A program made the translations under genes and the position numbers. The notes beneath the pieces were generated by a model, which was not told the origin of the DNA, ran no database searches, and saw only the letters and a list, made by a program, of their open reading frames with translations. Positions 45,871 through 57,048 of a stretch of 64,000 nt of DNA are shown piece after piece (the stretch's first letter is position 1; the number at the start of each line of letters is the position of its first letter). This DNA comes from an uncultured SAR86 cluster bacterium (GTDB lineage: Bacteria > Pseudomonadota > Gammaproteobacteria > Magnimaribacterales > D2472). Location of the stretch: positions 2,281-66,280 of the forward strand of contig CACJBO010000006.1 of NCBI GenBank assembly GCA_902591665.1, written 5' to 3'.

Positions 45871-47052
45871 TTAAACTACTCTTTTTATAATAGTAGCATT
45901 TGCTGTTCCGCCACCCTCACATATAGCTTGAAGTGCATACGTGCCATCTCTTCTTTCTAATTCATGAAGCAATGTTGTCATTAGCTTTGCCCCTGTAGCA
46001 CCTAGAGGATGGCCAAGTGCCATTGCTCCTCCATTTACATTCAGTTTAGTTCTATCAGCTTTAAGCTCTGCAGCCCAAGCCAAAGGCACTGGGGCAAAAG
46101 CTTCATTCACTTCATATAAATCAATATCATCAATACTTAAATTAGCTACTGATAGTGCTTTGTGCGATGCAGGAATTGGTCCAGTTAACATGTAGACAGG
46201 ATCATCTCCAACAACTGAGATTGATACTATTTCTGCTCTAGGATTTGCATTAATTTTTTTAAGTCCTGCTTCATTACAAACAAGAACTGCTGCTGCACCA
46301 TCTGTAATTTGGCTTGCATTGCCAGCAGTTACTACACCGCCTTCAGAAACAGTTTTAAGCCCTGCAAGTTTTTCAAGACTTGCATCAAATCTTATGCCCT
46401 CATCTGCAGTTACCATTTCTTCAATACCCTCAGCATTTTTAGCTTGAACCGGAAGAATCTCTCTATCAAAATATTTTAACTCAGTAGCATTTGCAGCTTT
46501 TTGATGACTTTCAAGAGCAAACTGATCTAAATCTTCTCTTGATAGATTCCATTTTTTAGCTACTAGTTCAGCACCTGTAAATTGGGAGAAAAATACACCA
46601 GGATATCTAGCTTTAATACCGTCAGAATCAAAAGGGAAACCATGGCCAGCATCATAACCATCTTTAACCGAAGCGCCAATTGGAACCATGGACATCACTT
46701 CAACACCGCCTCCAATGACAATATCTTGTGTACCTGACATTACGGCTTGAATTGCAAAATGTATTGCTTGTTGAGAGGAACCACATTGTCTATCAACGGA
46801 AGTTCCAGGAACCGATTCAGGAAATGATGAAGACAGAATTGCATTTCTTGCAACATTGCCTGACTGAGCACCAACTTGGTCTACACAACCAAAAACAACA
46901 TCGTCAACAAGAGCAGGATCCATATCAAGCCTAGAAGTTATCTCATCTAATACTTTTGCACCAAGATCAGCAGGATGCCAAAGACTTAATTTACCATCCC
47001 TTTTCCCACCTGCAGTTCTTACTGCCTCAACAATATAAGCTTTCTCTGCCAT
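45871..47052 (-). CDS. Thiolase (acetyl-CoA C-acetyl/acyltransferase family)
   Basis: 393 aa. VDRQCGSSQQA nucleophile region, NVNGGAMALGHPLGATG, and C-terminal CEGGGTA. Confidence 0.9.
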   Translation of the reverse strand: MAEKAYIVEAVRTAGGKRDGKLSLWHPADLGAKVLDEITSRLDMDPALVDDVVFGCVDQVGAQSGNVARNAILSSSFPESVPGTSVDRQCGSSQQAIHFAIQAVMSGTQDIVIGGGVEVMSMVPIGASVKDGYDAGHGFPFDSDGIKARYPGVFFSQFTGAELVAKKWNLSREDLDQFALESHQKAANATELKYFDREILPVQAKNAEGIEEMVTADEGIRFDASLEKLAGLKTVSEGGVVTAGNASQITDGAAAVLVCNEAGLKKINANPRAEIVSISVVGDDPVYMLTGPIPASHKALSVANLSIDDIDLYEVNEAFAPVPLAWAAELKADRTKLNVNGGAMALGHPLGATGAKLMTTLLHELERRDGTYALQAICEGGGTANATIIKRVV

Positions 47053-47087
47053 AAAAAAATCCCCACTAAAAAAATTCTAATGGGGAT
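47053..47087 (-). terminator. Putative rho-independent terminator downstream of recA
   Basis: The minus-strand RNA reads AUCCCCAUUA-GAAUUUUUU-UAGUGGGGAU followed by UUUUUU. This is a 10-bp stem with one G-U pair and a 9-nt loop. It begins 18 nt after the recA TAG. The U-tract runs directly into the thiolase AUG. Confidence 0.6.
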
Positions 47088-47105
47088 AATTGTATCAACA
47101 AAAAA

Positions 47106-48122
47106 CTATTTTGTAGATTTTGCCTTGCTGGTTATATAAGCTTTTCTAATTTCCTTTAACAGGCTATTACGGATTTTTGCATTCTCTTTTAAGAATAAAC
47201 TAGCTTTTACTTTTCCTTGTCCTATAGTTTCGCCATCCATTTTGTAGAAAGCACCAGACTTTTCAACAAGACCAAGTTTATGAGCATAATCCAATATTTC
47301 ACCTTCAGAATTAATGCCCTGACCATACATAATCTGAAACTCAGCTTGTTTAAATGGAGGTGAAACTTTATTTTTTACAACTTTGACTCTCGTCTCATTG
47401 CCCATAATTTCATCGCCTTCTTTAACAGCACCTATTCTTCTTATGTCTAATCTTACTGAAGAATAGAACTTAAGAGCATTACCACCAGTTGTTGTTTCAG
47501 GGCTACCAAACATTACACCAATCTTCATTCGTATTTGGTTAATAAATACAACTGTTGCTCCAGACCTTTGTATATTCCCTGTAATCTTTCTGAGAGCTTG
47601 AGACATTAATCTGGCTTGAAGGCCTACATGATGATCACCCATCTCACCTTCTATTTCAGCTCTTGGAACTAATGCTGCAACTGAATCAATGATAACTAAA
47701 TCAACACTATTTGATCTAACCAACATGTCAGCTACTTCTAGAGCTTGTTCACCAGTATCTGGCTGTGATAATAATAATTCGTCGACATTTACACCTAGCT
47801 TTTCTGCATATTGAGGATCTAGTGCATGCTCTGCATCAATAAATGCACATGTTCCACCCTCTTTTTGACATTGAGCAATAATTTGAAGAGTTAGAGTAGT
47901 TTTACCAGAAGATTCTGGTCCATATATCTCAGTAACTCTACCTTTTGGTATGCCGCCTATACCTAATGCTATATCTAACCCTACTGAACCTGTTGAAATC
48001 GAAGGAATATCAAGATTTTCTCTATCCCCCATTCTCATAACGGTGCCTTTACCGAAATGACTATCTATATCTGCAAGCGTATCCTTTAATGATTTTGAAC
48101 CTGTATCTTTTGATTTAGCCAT
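47106..48122 (-). CDS. recA: Recombinase RecA
   Basis: 338 aa. Walker [10 protein letters not shown] and typical RecA sequence throughout. AGGAG RBS at 48128..48132 (minus strand). Confidence 0.98.
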   Translation of the reverse strand: MAKSKDTGSKSLKDTLADIDSHFGKGTVMRMGDRENLDIPSISTGSVGLDIALGIGGIPKGRVTEIYGPESSGKTTLTLQIIAQCQKEGGTCAFIDAEHALDPQYAEKLGVNVDELLLSQPDTGEQALEVADMLVRSNSVDLVIIDSVAALVPRAEIEGEMGDHHVGLQARLMSQALRKITGNIQRSGATVVFINQIRMKIGVMFGSPETTTGGNALKFYSSVRLDIRRIGAVKEGDEIMGNETRVKVVKNKVSPPFKQAEFQIMYGQGINSEGEILDYAHKLGLVEKSGAFYKMDGETIGQGKVKASLFLKENAKIRNSLLKEIRKAYITSKAKSTK

Positions 48123-48132
48123 AATAACTCCT

Positions 48133-48152
48133 TACTGTATATTTATACAGTA
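48133..48152. promoter_or_regulatory. LexA (SOS) box
   Basis: TACTGTATATTTATACAGTA fits CTGT-N8-ACAG with an AT-rich spacer. It is close to the E. coli consensus TACTG(TA)5CAGTA. It lies immediately upstream of the recA RBS. Confidence 0.88.
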
Positions 48153-48176
48153 TAATAGTAATTAAGAAATTTACAA
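48149..48176 (-). promoter_or_regulatory. Putative recA promoter
   Basis: On the minus strand: TTGTAA at 48176..48171, a 16-nt spacer, then TATACT at 48154..48149. The -10 overlaps the LexA box, consistent with repression by occlusion. Confidence 0.5.
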
Positions 48177-48246
48177 CATAAAAGTATATTTTTTCTTTAT
48201 TTTATCTTACAGTCACACTTTTATAATAAAGTATCAACATTAAATT

Positions 48247-48570
48247 ATGGCATTCGTAGTAACTGAAACTTGTATAAAATGTAAATACACTGATTGTGTT
48301 GAAGTTTGTCCTGTAGATTGCTTTTATGAAGGCCCTGACTTTTTAGTTATTCACCCAGACGAATGCATTGATTGTGCTTTATGTGAACCAGAATGTCCGA
48401 TTGACGCTATTCTCTCAGAAGATGAACTTCCAGATGATCAAATAGACTTTATTGAAATCAATGCGCGTCTTTCAGAAGTTTATGAAAATATAACTGAAGC
48501 AAAAGACCCTCTTCCTGAAGCTGAAAAATATGAAACTGTTAAAAATAAAAGAGACTTAATAGGCCTATAA
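48247..48570 (+). CDS. fdxA: 7Fe ferredoxin ([3Fe-4S][4Fe-4S], Azotobacter FdxA type)
   Basis: 107 aa. [30 protein letters not shown]...[12 protein letters not shown]. Confidence 0.9.
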   Translation: MAFVVTETCIKCKYTDCVEVCPVDCFYEGPDFLVIHPDECIDCALCEPECPIDAILSEDELPDDQIDFIEINARLSEVYENITEAKDPLPEAEKYETVKNKRDLIGL

Positions 48571-48575
48571 AACAA

Positions 48576-49307
48576 TTAGTTTGGAAAAATAAGAACTCCG
48601 CTTACAAAAATCAAAGCAGCAAAGAAAATCATTATATTTAATTTATATTTAGATAGTAGGTGATTGATTATTTTTGGCATTAAAAACAATGAAATCAAAC
48701 AACCAATTGCAAAAGGCATAAGTATCTCTAGCTGCATGTTTGCTATGGAGCCAATAATGATTTCATAGACTCCAATTGATAATAAAATTGCGCTTCCAGA
48801 AATCCCAGGTAGTAAAAAAAATGAAAATGCTATAAATCCAATTAATACAAATACAATAAATGATGGGTTATTTGATACCAGACTAATGGTATTAAGCATT
48901 GCTGCAAAAATTGCTCCTGCTAGAAAATAAATTATCCAATTCATATTAAACTTAAATTCGTTTTTTAATCGAAAGGCTATTAAGAAAGATATTGAACACA
49001 TCAAGAATGATAAGAATATTAAAAAACCATTCGTATACTCAGAATATAAAAATAAAATAAATTTTGAGGCAAATATTACGCTAATCGCCATAGCAATAAA
49101 AAAAGGAATTATTACATCAAGAAAAAAAATCTGATTTAATTTCTTAAAATTAAATGAAAAATTACTAATTTTTAAATTAGATAAAAATAAAATAAATTTT
49201 TCATATACTTTAAAAGCTATAGCAACAGTAGACCCAGATATACCTGGAAGAAGTTCAGCAAGACCAACAAAAAAACCTGCTATAACAAATCTTAACCTTT
49301 CAGTCAT
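48576..49307 (-). CDS. DUF368 family membrane protein (PopT-type candidate undecaprenyl-phosphate translocase)
   Basis: 243 aa polytopic protein with the duplicated LPGISGS signature (LLPGISGSTVA and LLPGISGSAIL) characteristic of DUF368. 4-nt ATGA overlap with pcm. Confidence 0.8.
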   Translation of the reverse strand: MTERLRFVIAGFFVGLAELLPGISGSTVAIAFKVYEKFILFLSNLKISNFSFNFKKLNQIFFLDVIIPFFIAMAISVIFASKFILFLYSEYTNGFLIFLSFLMCSISFLIAFRLKNEFKFNMNWIIYFLAGAIFAAMLNTISLVSNNPSFIVFVLIGFIAFSFFLLPGISGSAILLSIGVYEIIIGSIANMQLEILMPFAIGCLISLFLMPKIINHLLSKYKLNIMIFFAALIFVSGVLIFPN

Positions 49308-49987
49308 GAATCATTTCCATCAACAGATGTTCCTGAGAGCATTGGTACAAAAGCAACCTCTTCAAATACGTCTTCTTTAATATCCTCTCCCTCTAACTTA
49401 GTTATGACGTGTAATTGTTGAGATTTAGAATTTCCAACCGGTATTACAATCTTAGAATTTATGTTTAAGCAATCAATCAAATCTTGCGGGTACTGACGAG
49501 GTGCTGCTGCACATAAAACACCATCATATTTTAGTTTTTTGTCCCAATCCGTAAAACCATCACCATATTTAAACAAAACATTTTTGATTTTTAATTCGCT
49601 TAAATTTTCTCTTGCTTTTGTAACTAAGGGTTTGATTCTTTCTATTGCATGCACCTCTTCACAAAAATGTGACAAGACAGCTGACTGATATCCACATCCA
49701 GATCCAAGCTCTAATACTTTTTCAAAAATTTTCCCTCTAGATTTTGTATGTGATATAAGGTGCTCTGTCATTTTGGCAACTATATAAGGTTGAGAAATGG
49801 TTTGCTTATAACCAATTGTTAAAGATCTATTTTCATAAGCCCTAGATTGGAGAGCATTATCAACAAAAATATGACGAGGCACTTGTGACATTGCATCTAG
49901 AACTCTGAAATCTTTGATACCCATATCTAAAAGAGTTTCTATCATCTCTTCTCTAACTCTTCTAAATGTGAAGCCTGAACTATTCAT
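49304..49987 (-). CDS. pcm: Protein-L-isoaspartate O-methyltransferase
   Basis: 227 aa. ...VPRHIFV..., QTISQPYIVAKMTE, and SAM motif VLELGSGCGYQSAVL. surE-pcm synteny. Confidence 0.94.
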   Translation of the reverse strand: MNSSGFTFRRVREEMIETLLDMGIKDFRVLDAMSQVPRHIFVDNALQSRAYENRSLTIGYKQTISQPYIVAKMTEHLISHTKSRGKIFEKVLELGSGCGYQSAVLSHFCEEVHAIERIKPLVTKARENLSELKIKNVLFKYGDGFTDWDKKLKYDGVLCAAAPRQYPQDLIDCLNINSKIVIPVGNSKSQQLHVITKLEGEDIKEDVFEEVAFVPMLSGTSVDGNDS

Positions 49988-50726
49988 TGAAGTGTGATTT
50001 AAGATTTTCTCTTAGCATCTCCTGATCAAGATCATAATCTAATATAGAAATTGAAATATACCCATCGTGAACGGCATTTGCATCAGTTAATGTTGATTCA
50101 TTTACTGGTTCTCCAGAGAGGTTGTATCTATATCTTTTTGTATCTCCATCTGAGCTTATCTCAATGGGTCGTGATGGAACTCCTCTTTTTGCCAAAGATG
50201 TTACCCGTATTCCTTTACATTCATCCTCTGATATATCTGGAAAATTTACATTAAATACTTTGCCATGAAAATCTTCAGGTAAGTTTTTGACAGTATTAAT
50301 AATCTCTAAAGTTCTATTAACTATAAAATCCATATTAACTGTTTCATAAGAAGCAACAGATAATGCTATCGGGGGATATTTAAGTTTTCTGCCACCTACT
50401 GCTGCACCTACGGTGCCAGAATAAATAACATCCGTTCCAATATTTGCTCCATGATTGATGCCAGAGACAACCATATCAAATTCAAAATCAACAATTCCCA
50501 GCAAACCAAAATAAGTACAATCCGCTGGTGTACCATCAACAGCATAAACTCTATCTTCTACTTTTCTAATTTCGGTTTCTTTTAAAAAAGAAATAGCTGC
50601 ACTCATTCCACTGCAATTATTTTCAGGAGCTATAATCCATACATCATGTTCTTCTGATAATTTCTTAAAAAGATTTTGAATATTGGGAGCCTGATAACCA
50701 TCATCATTTGTTAATAAGATTTTCAT
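49980..50726 (-). CDS. surE: 5'/3'-nucleotidase SurE
   Basis: 248 aa. MKILLTNDDGYQAPNI, GINHGANIG and SGTVGAA motifs. Confidence 0.95.
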   Translation of the reverse strand: MKILLTNDDGYQAPNIQNLFKKLSEEHDVWIIAPENNCSGMSAAISFLKETEIRKVEDRVYAVDGTPADCTYFGLLGIVDFEFDMVVSGINHGANIGTDVIYSGTVGAAVGGRKLKYPPIALSVASYETVNMDFIVNRTLEIINTVKNLPEDFHGKVFNVNFPDISEDECKGIRVTSLAKRGVPSRPIEISSDGDTKRYRYNLSGEPVNESTLTDANAVHDGYISISILDYDLDQEMLRENLKSHFNE

Positions 50727-51862
50727 AAGATTTCTTTGAGGTTTACTAGTGATTGAACTGCTATAGCTTTATGCTCACCTATAATACCAATCTTTTCAGA
50801 AGTTGTAGCCTTTAAACCAATATTAGATTTTGAAATTTTTAAAATCTCAGACAAATTATCAATAATATTATTTCTATGAGGACTTATTTTAGGTGATTCA
50901 CAAATTATAGTTGCATCAACATTGCAAATCTCAAGATTCATTTCATGAATTTTTTCTAAACAAAAATTAATTATCTCCTTGCTATCGAGCCCTTTATTGG
51001 AAGGATCTTTGTCTGAGAAGAATATACCTATATCTCCAAGGGCTGCAGCGCCTAGGATGGAGTCTGCAATTGAATGAAGGAGAACATCACCATCGGAGTG
51101 CGCTTCAATTGCATAATCGCATTGAAGCATATAGCCCCCTATAATAAAACCTGTTCCAGGTTTATAGGTATGTAAATCAAAGCCACTGCCAACTCTTGAG
51201 TTTAATTTTCTTAGAAGATTTAAATCATGATTATAGGTAATTTTAATATTTGAGGCTTTGCCTTCTAATTTTGATACATGATAACCCTGGGATTCCATTG
51301 CAAACGACTCATCTGGAACATCAATCTTTTGATCAATAAGATAAGCCAATGAGGATTTTAATTTATTAAATTTTGATATTTGGGGAGTTTGTACTAAGTA
51401 ATAGTCTTGTTTATTTATAGTTTTATTAGATTTACTCTCCTTAATAGAATCGACAACTGGTTTGTAGAAAAAAGAGCAGTCTGATTTAGAGCTGGTTATC
51501 TTTTCATATATTGTGACTAAATCTTTAGCAGTTATGTTTGGTCTAGCTGCGTCATGAGTAATGACATAATCATAATTTTCATTAGTTTCGTTTAAAGCAT
51601 TTAGTACTGATATGGCTCTAGTCTGACCGCCCTCAACTATTTCCACTTTCTCATTATCAAAAAAATTTTGTTCTTTAATAAAATTATCTGATTTTGAAAC
51701 TGCAATTAGTATTTTTGATATAAATTCAGATTCTATAAAGGGTTTTATTGTTTTCTCTATAACGGACTGGCCATCTAGATACTCATATTGTTTTGGAATA
51801 TCACTCTGAAATCTTTCACCAATTCCTGCTGCTGGAATTATTGCTAATACTTTATCCGTCAT
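50723..51862 (-). CDS. ispDF: Bifunctional IspD/IspF (MEP cytidylyltransferase + MEcPP synthase)
   Basis: The N-terminal half has AIIPAAGIGERF (IspD). The C-terminal half has RVGSGFDLH...HSDGDVLLHSIADSILGAAALGDIG (IspF). They form a single uninterrupted frame. I start at ATG 51862 ([10 protein letters not shown]). The ORF-track start at 51904 adds 14 aa and a 53-nt overlap with ftsB. Confidence 0.9.
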   Translation of the reverse strand: MTDKVLAIIPAAGIGERFQSDIPKQYEYLDGQSVIEKTIKPFIESEFISKILIAVSKSDNFIKEQNFFDNEKVEIVEGGQTRAISVLNALNETNENYDYVITHDAARPNITAKDLVTIYEKITSSKSDCSFFYKPVVDSIKESKSNKTINKQDYYLVQTPQISKFNKLKSSLAYLIDQKIDVPDESFAMESQGYHVSKLEGKASNIKITYNHDLNLLRKLNSRVGSGFDLHTYKPGTGFIIGGYMLQCDYAIEAHSDGDVLLHSIADSILGAAALGDIGIFFSDKDPSNKGLDSKEIINFCLEKIHEMNLEICNVDATIICESPKISPHRNNIIDNLSEILKISKSNIGLKATTSEKIGIIGEHKAIAVQSLVNLKEIL

Positions 51863-52157
51863 CTTTAGATTCGTCTTCGTCCTTGAAAGATATAAACTCT
51901 TCATCAGGATATACTAAGTTCAATTTTTCTCTAGCAAAATTTTCTACATGTTCGTTTGACTTTTGTGCATTCTCAATTTCAAATTCTAAAATATCATTTT
52001 GTTTTTTTAGTTCATTGTTTTGTTCTTGTTGAAGATTATTTTCGCCAAGTATTTGAGTTTTCTTTTGATAAGAGTTTTCCCCAAAGAAAATACTGTTTAG
52101 CAGCATAATTATTAAAATAAGTAGGGCTAAAGCTAAAGAATAAAATAGTCGATTCAT
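51852..52157 (-). CDS. ftsB: Cell division protein FtsB
   Basis: 101 aa. N-terminal TM helix plus coiled coil. eno-ftsB-ispD synteny. Confidence 0.85.
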   Translation of the reverse strand: MNRLFYSLALALLILIIMLLNSIFFGENSYQKKTQILGENNLQQEQNNELKKQNDILEFEIENAQKSNEHVENFAREKLNLVYPDEEFISFKDEDESKDDG

Positions 52158-53431
52158 TGACTTAGATTGATACTAGGAAACTCCTCTTCTATCCATAGCA
52201 ATCGATTGTATTTTGCAACTCTATCAGATCTACACGGAGCTCCAGTTTTAATTTGACCTGCTCCAAGACCAACAGCTAAATCAGATATAGTCGTATCCTC
52301 AGTTTCTCCTGATCTATGAGAAATTATGGATTTATAATTATTTTGATTAGCAATATTAATTGTTTCTATTGTTTCGGTAATAGAACCTATTTGATTAAAT
52401 TTAATTAAAATTGAGTTAGCTAAATTATTTTCTATGCCTTCTTGGAAAATAGTCTTATTTGTTACAAACAAATCGTCTCCAACTAATTGACACTTGGAGC
52501 CAATTTTTTCGGTAAGAATTTTCCAGCCTTCTGAGTCATTTTCATCCATACCATCTTCGATAGAAATAATTGGGTATTTATCCACTAAACTTTCTAAATA
52601 ATCAGAAAAAGATTCAGAGTCTAAGGATTTGCCTTCACCAGCTAAATTATAATTTTTACCGTCATAAAATTCACTTGCAGCACAATCCAGTGCAATAAAG
52701 ACATCATCTCCTGGTATGAGACCGGAGATTTTTATTGCTTCAATAATTAATTTGATTGCCTCTTCATTTGATTGTAAATTTGGAGCAAAGCCACCTTCAT
52801 CTCCCACTCCAGTCGATAATTTTTTTTGTTGCAATATTGATTTAAGATTCCAATATATTTCAGAAGACCATCTCATAACCTCTTTAAAAGTCTTTGCACC
52901 TTTTGGGATAATCATAAATTCTTGAATATCAATATTATTATCAGCATGCTCTCCGCCGTTAAGAATATTTAACATAGGCATAGGAAGGTTAGACTCAACA
53001 TCTATTCCAGTGATATTTTTATATATCTCGGCAAAATGTTCATGCAATGAAATATTTTTATCTTTTGCTGCTGCATGAGAAACTGCTAATGAGACAGCTA
53101 GAATTGCATTAGCTCCAATATTTGACTTGTCACTAGTTCCATCTAACTCAATTAATTTCTGATCAATTAATTGTTGATCGTTTGGATCTAATTTTTCAAG
53201 AAGTGGGTTTATTAAGTCATTGATATTACTTACAGCTTTTTGAACTCCTTTACCCATGTACAAATTACCGCCATCTCTTAACTCTAATGCTTCCTTGGTT
53301 CCTGTTGATGCTCCGCTTGGTACTATTGCACTTGCTTTAATGCCATTATCAAGAATTACATTACAAGAAACTGTAGGAAGACCTCTTGAGTCTAAAACCT
53401 GAATAGCTTTTATTGATTGAATTGAAGCCAT
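52154..53431 (-). CDS. eno: Enolase
   Basis: 425 aa. ...[15 protein letters not shown]..., [17 protein letters not shown]. Confidence 0.98.
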   Translation of the reverse strand: MASIQSIKAIQVLDSRGLPTVSCNVILDNGIKASAIVPSGASTGTKEALELRDGGNLYMGKGVQKAVSNINDLINPLLEKLDPNDQQLIDQKLIELDGTSDKSNIGANAILAVSLAVSHAAAKDKNISLHEHFAEIYKNITGIDVESNLPMPMLNILNGGEHADNNIDIQEFMIIPKGAKTFKEVMRWSSEIYWNLKSILQQKKLSTGVGDEGGFAPNLQSNEEAIKLIIEAIKISGLIPGDDVFIALDCAASEFYDGKNYNLAGEGKSLDSESFSDYLESLVDKYPIISIEDGMDENDSEGWKILTEKIGSKCQLVGDDLFVTNKTIFQEGIENNLANSILIKFNQIGSITETIETINIANQNNYKSIISHRSGETEDTTISDLAVGLGAGQIKTGAPCRSDRVAKYNRLLWIEEEFPSINLSQ

Positions 53432-53436
53432 GCTTA

Positions 53437-54276
53437 CTAAAAAATATCTAAAGTTTCTTGGCTTTTTACAAAAACATCTAGATCTTTAATTTGCTTTAAA
53501 AAAGGTTCCAGCATATCAAGACGAAGAGCACAAGGACCATCACATTTAGCTTTATCAGGATCTGGATGTGCTTCTAAAAATAGACCTGCTATTCCCTGAG
53601 AAATACCAGCTTTAGCCAAACTTAATAGATATTCCCTTCTTCCTCCAGCTGCATTACCAAGACCTCCGGGAAGTTGAAGTGAATGCGTAACATCAAAAAT
53701 TGCTGGCTTACCAAGATTCTTGAGAATTTGAAAATTAAGAGTATCTACAACTAAATTGTTATATCCAAAAGAATTACCCCTCTCACAGAGTGTAATTTTA
53801 CTATTACCAGCTGATTCACATTTTTCTATAATGTTTTTCATCTCGGGTGCTGACAAAAATTGTGGTTTTTTAAACTGCAAGATAGCATCTGTTTTTGCTG
53901 CAGCAACCACTAAGTCAGTTTGCCTTGCTAAAAAAGCTGGTATTTGAACAACTTCACATACTTCACTTACTGGCTTAGCTTGATCCGGTTCATGAATATC
54001 AGTAACTACAGGAACATTAAATTCTGTTGAAACTTCTTGGAGTAATTTAAGACCCTCATCCATGCCTGGACCTCTGAAAGAGGACACAGAACTTCTATTA
54101 GCCTTATCAAATGAACCTTTAAAAATATAATTAATCTCAAGCTTATCTGATATTAATTTAAATTTTTCTGCAACTTGCAATACTAAGTCTCGAGATTCAA
54201 GTACATTCATTCCTCCCATTAAAGTTAATGGCTGTGAATTTCCAATAGTAAAGTTTCTAAGTTTCAGATCATTCAT
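53437..54276 (-). CDS. kdsA: 3-deoxy-8-phosphooctulonate (KDO-8-P) synthase
   Basis: 279 aa. [22 protein letters not shown] and DVTHSLQ motifs. Confidence 0.96.
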   Translation of the reverse strand: MNDLKLRNFTIGNSQPLTLMGGMNVLESRDLVLQVAEKFKLISDKLEINYIFKGSFDKANRSSVSSFRGPGMDEGLKLLQEVSTEFNVPVVTDIHEPDQAKPVSEVCEVVQIPAFLARQTDLVVAAAKTDAILQFKKPQFLSAPEMKNIIEKCESAGNSKITLCERGNSFGYNNLVVDTLNFQILKNLGKPAIFDVTHSLQLPGGLGNAAGGRREYLLSLAKAGISQGIAGLFLEAHPDPDKAKCDGPCALRLDMLEPFLKQIKDLDVFVKSQETLDIF

Positions 54277-54278
54277 AA

Positions 54279-55907
<1,629 letters not shown>

Positions 55908-55986
55908 TTAATTGAATCATGATGGGATAACAGAATAACAGAATACGCCTAAGAGTGAAATAAGCTTTATTAATATAATTAAAAAA

Positions 55987-57048
55987 TTAGCTTATTTTTT
56001 TATAAACTCTTTCAACTCTGGATTTTATTCTAATCATTATGTCATATGAAATTAAACCATTAGCTGAGGCGAGATTATTGATTGAATGATTAGGTGAAAA
56101 AAACTCACACCAATCTCCCACATTACATTCTTTAATATCAGAGACGTCTATAGTTGTTACATCCATGCTAATCTTTCCAAAAACACTAGCATCTTGATTA
56201 TTAACTTTTACAACTGTTCCATCTTTAATGTGCTGAGGCAAACCATCTGCATATCCAAGATAGACAGTAGCTACTTTCATTCTTTTTTCTGCAATGGCCC
56301 TTCCGTCATATCCGACCCTTTCTCCTATATTAAGTTCCTTAATATTTATTATTGGAGATTTAAGTGTAATAGCTGTTTTTAGTTCTTCATTTCCGATATA
56401 TCCACCAAATATTCCAATTCCTACTCTTACCCAATCAAAACACTTGTCAGGAAAGTTTAAAACACAGCCGGTATTTGCAATACTTTTAGTTACTCCGGAG
56501 TGTAAATCTTTGTAAAGTCTCTCAAACCTCTCGAATTGCTCAGTATTTGAGGGATCATCTTTCTTATTGGATGCAGCTAAATGAGTCATAAGTGTAAAAT
56601 TTATATCTTCAAGATAATCTTTATAAATCTCTAAAAATCTGTCTATTTCAAAACCCAGTCTGTTCATGCCGGTATTAACTTTTAACCATAAATTTTCAAA
56701 ATTATTGTTTTTAATAATGATATTTAATTGGAGTTCGTTATGAACTACTATATCTAAATCATGCTTCTTAGCTAAAAGGTAATCCTCCTGAGAATATATC
56801 CCCTGCATGAGGACAATTTTTTTTTGTGAGATTTTTCTTAAATCAATTGCTTCATCAAGTCTTACCACTCCATATCCATCAACCAGATCATCGATATCAG
56901 ATACTATATTATTAAGCATGTGACCGTAAGCATCAGATTTGATGACTGCTAAAAAATTTGAAGTATTTGAAGTTTTATTTTTTAATTTTTGAATATTGCT
57001 TCTTATGATAGATGGGTCTATTTCAAGAATGCTTTTTAATGTCGTCAT
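55987..57048 (-). CDS. alr: Alanine racemase
   Basis: 353 aa. PLP-lysine motif AVIKSDAYGH. dnaB-alr synteny as in Pseudomonas. Confidence 0.9.
   Translation of the reverse strand: MTTLKSILEIDPSIIRSNIQKLKNKTSNTSNFLAVIKSDAYGHMLNNIVSDIDDLVDGYGVVRLDEAIDLRKISQKKIVLMQGIYSQEDYLLAKKHDLDIVVHNELQLNIIIKNNNFENLWLKVNTGMNRLGFEIDRFLEIYKDYLEDINFTLMTHLAASNKKDDPSNTEQFERFERLYKDLHSGVTKSIANTGCVLNFPDKCFDWVRVGIGIFGGYIGNEELKTAITLKSPIINIKELNIGERVGYDGRAIAEKRMKVATVYLGYADGLPQHIKDGTVVKVNNQDASVFGKISMDVTTIDVSDIKECNVGDWCEFFSPNHSINNLASANGLISYDIMIRIKSRVERVYKKIS

Noticed and set aside
45871-47052. The thiolase gene looked more GC-rich than its surroundings. Considered as possible horizontal acquisition.
   Set aside because: Spot counts show that other highly conserved enzymes here, such as sdhA, are at least as GC-rich, while membrane proteins are far lower. 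The difference tracks protein conservation and composition, not foreign origin.
55927-55945. A tandem 8-mer, ataacaga-ataacaga-ata, upstream of pyrG.
   Set aside because: There are only two copies, and it is short, with no known motif match. Probably fortuitous or slippage.
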